Assembly: GCA_963702095.1 (NCBI GenBank)
Contig: OY969706.1
Span: forward strand, 2,432,001 to 2,496,000
DNA: 64,000 nt
Source: Candidatus Bathyarchaeota archaeon
GTDB taxonomy: Archaea > Thermoproteota > Bathyarchaeia > Bathyarchaeales > Bathycorpusculaceae
Direction: 5' to 3'
The translations under genes and the position numbers were made by a program. Of the stretch, positions 60,918 through 64,000 are shown piece by piece. Every line of letters begins with the position of its first letter. The stretch's first letter is position 1. The notes under the pieces were generated by a model. It saw only the letters and a program-made list of their open reading frames with translations. It was not told where the DNA came from and did not search any database.

Positions 60918-61126
60918 ACGCTATTCCTTTTAAGACTCGAATGAAGGAGCTGCGGGAAAAGCAGCACTTAACACAGGAGCAGCTGGCGCAGAAAGTAGGC
61001 GTGAGAAGAGAAACTATCCTTTTTCTCGAAAAAGGCAAATACAACCCGTCATTGCAGTTGGCGCATGACATAGCTAAAGAGCTAGGGGTAAGTATAGAAG
61101 AAGTGTTTATTTTTGGAGACGGATAA
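60902..61126 (+). CDS. XRE-family HTH regulator
   Basis: [27 protein letters not shown]. Confidence 0.92.
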   Translation: MDRRLDAIPFKTRMKELREKQHLTQEQLAQKVGVRRETILFLEKGKYNPSLQLAHDIAKELGVSIEEVFIFGDG

Positions 61127-61131
61127 ACTGG

Positions 61132-61191
61132 TTAGGTTCCTTGTAGTTTTGCTATGAAGAAGCCGTTGCAGCCCTGGATGTATGGGTAGAG
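61132..61191 (-). pseudogene. Diverged duplicate of the rsmB 3' end
   Basis: 47/60 identity (hand count) to 61531-61590; LYPYIQGCNGFFIAKLQGT* versus LYPHIHHCNGFFIAKLKKE*. Confidence 0.8.
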
Positions 61192-61237
61192 CACAAGCAT
61201 CCTGTTTGAGGCACAGGGATCCTTGGCGATTTTTAGT

Positions 61238-61490
61238 TCAGTTAGCCTTGAATTCTTTGCTTACCTGAAGAACTATTATCAGTATAATGTTGGCTACGAT
61301 TATGCCGATGAGCGAGAACGCTGGCAGAAGGTAGTAGAAGTTGGTCGGCGGGCTAGCTACGACGAGAAGGAAGATTCCGCCGATTACTCCGGTTATGTTG
61401 GCGAGTAGGAAGATTAAGAGTTCGTCTTTAATGGTTGAGCCGCCTGTTTGCTTATAGAGTGGATGGTAGGCTTTTTAGGTTACTCTTCAA
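61238..61490 (-). CDS. 2-TM hypothetical protein; start region probably frameshifted
   Basis: ...DELLIFLLANITGVIGGIFLLVVA...IIVANIILIIVLQVSKEFKAN*; no in-frame canonical start. Confidence 0.45.
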
Positions 61491-61530
61491 ATGGGCAGAT
61501 TATCCTAAAAAGGGTCCCTTCCGAAGCTTC

Positions 61531-62877
61531 TTACTCTTTTTTGAGTTTGGCTATAAAGAAGCCGTTGCAGTGGTGGATGTGTGGGTAGAGGCGTTGACAC
61601 TGTGTGTAGCCGCCTAGTCCGGGCATGCCGATTTTGGGTTCAATCTCCACCAGCTTGAATTCTGGGTGCGCTACTAGGAACTGCTCGATTACGCCCTCGT
61701 TCTCCTCCAACGTCACGCTGCACGTGGAGTATGCGAGGATGCCGCCGGCTTTGACTTTGTCGGCGCAGTTGTTGATCATCTGCAACTGGATTTCGCTCAT
61801 GTTCGCTATAGATCGTGGGCTCAGCCGCCACTTCGCAGAGGGCTGCTTGGCGAACACGCCTGAACTGGTACAGGGCGGATCCAACACCAGCAGGTCTGCT
61901 TCTCCGACCAGAGGCACCGAAACGCGTGCGTCTGCAACAAGCGGTTCTGCGATTGTGGCTCCCATGCGAGCCGTTTCCTTCTGCCAGGTGTGCATGCGCT
62001 TCGCGGAGAAATCCACCGAGACGATGCTGCCTTGGTTCTGCATAAGTTGGGCTATGAAGGTGGTTTTGGCACCGGGCGCCGCACAAACGTCGAAGACGGT
62101 GCTGCCGGGCTGTGGGTTTGCGGCTTGGGTGGCGAAGCAGCTGGCTTTGTCCTGCACGTAGAACCAGCCGTCTTTGAGGCTTGGCGACGTGTTGAGGGGG
62201 GCTTTGAACTCCAGCACTTTGTAGGTGTACACTAAAGGCTCCACCCTTTCGAGTTTAACACCTTCACCGTGAAGCCTCTGCAGAATTTCCTCTTCCGACG
62301 CCGCTAAAGTGTTGAGGCGGATGTAGGTGGGCGGGGGATTGAGGCTGCCCTGCAAGAATGCGATTGCCTCGTCTTTGCCGAAAAGTTTGATGCAGTACTC
62401 CACAAACCACTTGGGATGGAAAGTTTCTAAGCCGATTGTCTCAGCTTCATTCGCCGTCTCCATGATGAATGATAACGGTTTAGTTAACAGGAAACCAAGG
62501 TATGGCTCGATTTCCCGCATGACTTCCCAGCCTAAGATGGCTCGGCCTAAACTTGCGATGGAACTTGCTTCTTTTAGATTATATTTCCCCCAGTTTTTGG
62601 CAACACGGGTCTGATAAACGTAGAGGCGCAGAAAAGATTGGATGCCAAGGTCGTATTCACCGATTTTTTTGGGGGCAACCACAGTATCGACCAGTTTGTC
62701 GATGAGATTCTTTCGCCGTGTGGTTTCTACGACTAAGCCGTATGCGTAGCGGATAGCGCTTGGGTCGTTGATACCCAGTTGCTTAACAGTCCTTGCTAAT
62801 GCTGAGCGCTCGTTGAGGCGGCGCATTTCTATCCAACTGAGAGTTTCTATGGCGATTGTCCAAGCTTCCCGCAACAA
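61531..62877 (-). CDS. RsmB/NOL1/NOP2 RNA m5C methyltransferase
   Basis: QDKAS, DVCAAPGAKT, DPPCTSSG, YSTCS...ENE. Confidence 0.95.
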   Translation of the reverse strand: MLREAWTIAIETLSWIEMRRLNERSALARTVKQLGINDPSAIRYAYGLVVETTRRKNLIDKLVDTVVAPKKIGEYDLGIQSFLRLYVYQTRVAKNWGKYNLKEASSIASLGRAILGWEVMREIEPYLGFLLTKPLSFIMETANEAETIGLETFHPKWFVEYCIKLFGKDEAIAFLQGSLNPPPTYIRLNTLAASEEEILQRLHGEGVKLERVEPLVYTYKVLEFKAPLNTSPSLKDGWFYVQDKASCFATQAANPQPGSTVFDVCAAPGAKTTFIAQLMQNQGSIVSVDFSAKRMHTWQKETARMGATIAEPLVADARVSVPLVGEADLLVLDPPCTSSGVFAKQPSAKWRLSPRSIANMSEIQLQMINNCADKVKAGGILAYSTCSVTLEENEGVIEQFLVAHPEFKLVEIEPKIGMPGLGGYTQCQRLYPHIHHCNGFFIAKLKKE

Positions 62878-63037
62878 AGATTTTCACAACACCAAACCAA
62901 ATGCATCGCCCTAAATAAGGGATTCAACGTGGGCTACTGTTACTGCATGGTATCAGCCACATATCTTTATCAAGTTTTCATTTGTGCTATAGGTTCATTG
63001 TGTACTTTGGCAAGCTCCAACAATGGAGGTGACGTGT

Positions 63038-63172
63038 TTGTCGAAAAGGCGAAATGAAGACATGGAGAAGGGAAAGATGACAGTGCAGGAAGCAGGCAGA
63101 AAAGGCGGTGCAAAAGGCGGTCCCCGTGTCCGTGAACTCATCGAAGAAGGCAAAGAACACGAAGAAGAATAG
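63038..63172 (+). CDS. KGG-motif stress protein (GsiB/Em-like, 44 aa)
   Basis: SD GGAGGTGA, TTG start; MTVQEAGRKGG...RVRELIEEGK. Confidence 0.85.
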   Translation: MSKRRNEDMEKGKMTVQEAGRKGGAKGGPRVRELIEEGKEHEEE

Positions 63173-63248
63173 TGCGTAAGACAATAGTGCGCACACAGCA
63201 GTTTAAGCGTCTTTGCCCCTTTTTCTTGCTAACAGAGGTATATTGAAG

Positions 63249-63425
63249 GTGAGTCAAATAGTCAAGCGTAGAAGCACGCCCCAAACCCGTGCTGGACAAT
63301 ACATGTGCCCCCAATGCGGAAAAGTCTTTGACACCAAAACAGAAGTCGACAGTCACATACGCAAAAGCCACAAACCCAAAATAAAATCGGTGCACGACAG
63401 CCTAAGCGGCATCTACACCGAGTAG
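63249..63425 (+). CDS. Small C2H2 zinc-finger protein
   Basis: YMCPQCGKVF......DSHIRKSH. Confidence 0.75.
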   Translation: MSQIVKRRSTPQTRAGQYMCPQCGKVFDTKTEVDSHIRKSHKPKIKSVHDSLSGIYTE

Positions 63426-63538
63426 AAAACCAGTAATTAAGCAGTTTTTGCTCTTTTAAGCCTCATTTGATCCTTTGGTTTTTTGTCACTAAACATTTTA
63501 GTCTCTATGCACCATACAGAGGCTAAGGTAGAGAAGGG

Positions 63539-64000
63539 ATGGCGAGCACACTTGACAAATGGTTTAGTCAACCAGCTAAACCTCCAAAGGTCTTAGCAGA
63601 GGCTAAAGCGCAAGCGCCACCCACAGTTCAACCCCAAGATGCGGCAGTCGCCCCAGCGACTAAACCTAAAATAAGAATACGCCAACCATACCCGCCCATA
63701 GCTCCACTAAACCTGCCCCCCTCATACTTTGTGTCCGCCACATACGATGGCAAACAGAGGAAGGCGGTCATTAAACTCTACGAACCTGAATTGGGACAGA
63801 TTTATTTCTGGTATGACAACACCGAGCACCTGCCATACTGCCTTACAAGCATCGCTAAAGAGGAACTGGAGCTTTTTGATCGGGTAATGAGTCACCCGGG
63901 CTTTGACCACTTTGAATCAGAGAAAAGATTGGACCCCCTAAACGATAAAGAAATTGAAATAACCAAAATCGTCTGCAAAGACCCCCTTGCCATCGGCGGC
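63539..64000 (+). CDS. polB1: DNA polymerase B1, N-terminal part, truncated by window edge
   Basis: YDGKQRKAVIKLYEP...FWYDNTEHLPYCLT...DPLAIGG. Confidence 0.88.
   Translation, partial: MASTLDKWFSQPAKPPKVLAEAKAQAPPTVQPQDAAVAPATKPKIRIRQPYPPIAPLNLPPSYFVSATYDGKQRKAVIKLYEPELGQIYFWYDNTEHLPYCLTSIAKEELELFDRVMSHPGFDHFESEKRLDPLNDKEIEITKIVCKDPLAIGG

Noticed and set aside
61132-61590. DGR template/variable repeat pair
   Set aside because: Mismatches are not adenine-specific, and no reverse transcriptase is present
1-64000. CRISPR array, rRNA, transposase, and the many antisense ORFs in the track
   Set aside because: No regularly spaced repeats or matching motifs seen; the antisense ORFs are shadows of well-supported genes

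Overview
Archaeal chromosomal segment, most consistent with Bathyarchaeia (TACK): archaeal ThrRS, TFEalpha and a TFEbeta/RPC34-like Fe-S protein, arcadin-1, PolB1, proteasome beta, and a KEOPS cluster. It is mostly housekeeping DNA interspersed with accessory membrane/secreted genes and two toxin-antitoxin pairs. I found no CRISPR array, rRNA, integrase or transposase. About eight genes, including essential rps15 and pth2, carry single-base frameshifts, which most likely reflects assembly error. Main observations: (1) a fluoride riboswitch upstream of crcB-DUF190 with a candidate start-codon-occluding helix; (2) an operon in which a tandem (2x[4Fe-4S]-MvhD)x2 protein precedes NfnAB, with no hydrogenase or Hdr genes in the window; (3) candidate ACG/ATT start codons, clearest in hflX; (4) a palindromic promoter element shared by two distant paralogs of a secreted protein family; (5) a dispersed ~50-bp intergenic repeat; (6) a vapBC module bracketed by tRNA-Val and a partial tRNA duplicate, plus a diverged copy of the rsmB 3' end; (7) several small ORFs missed by the ORF track (CsbD-like, KGG, zinc-finger-like, a 29-aa ORF upstream of arcadin-1). 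All family assignments come from motif recognition, not database searches.
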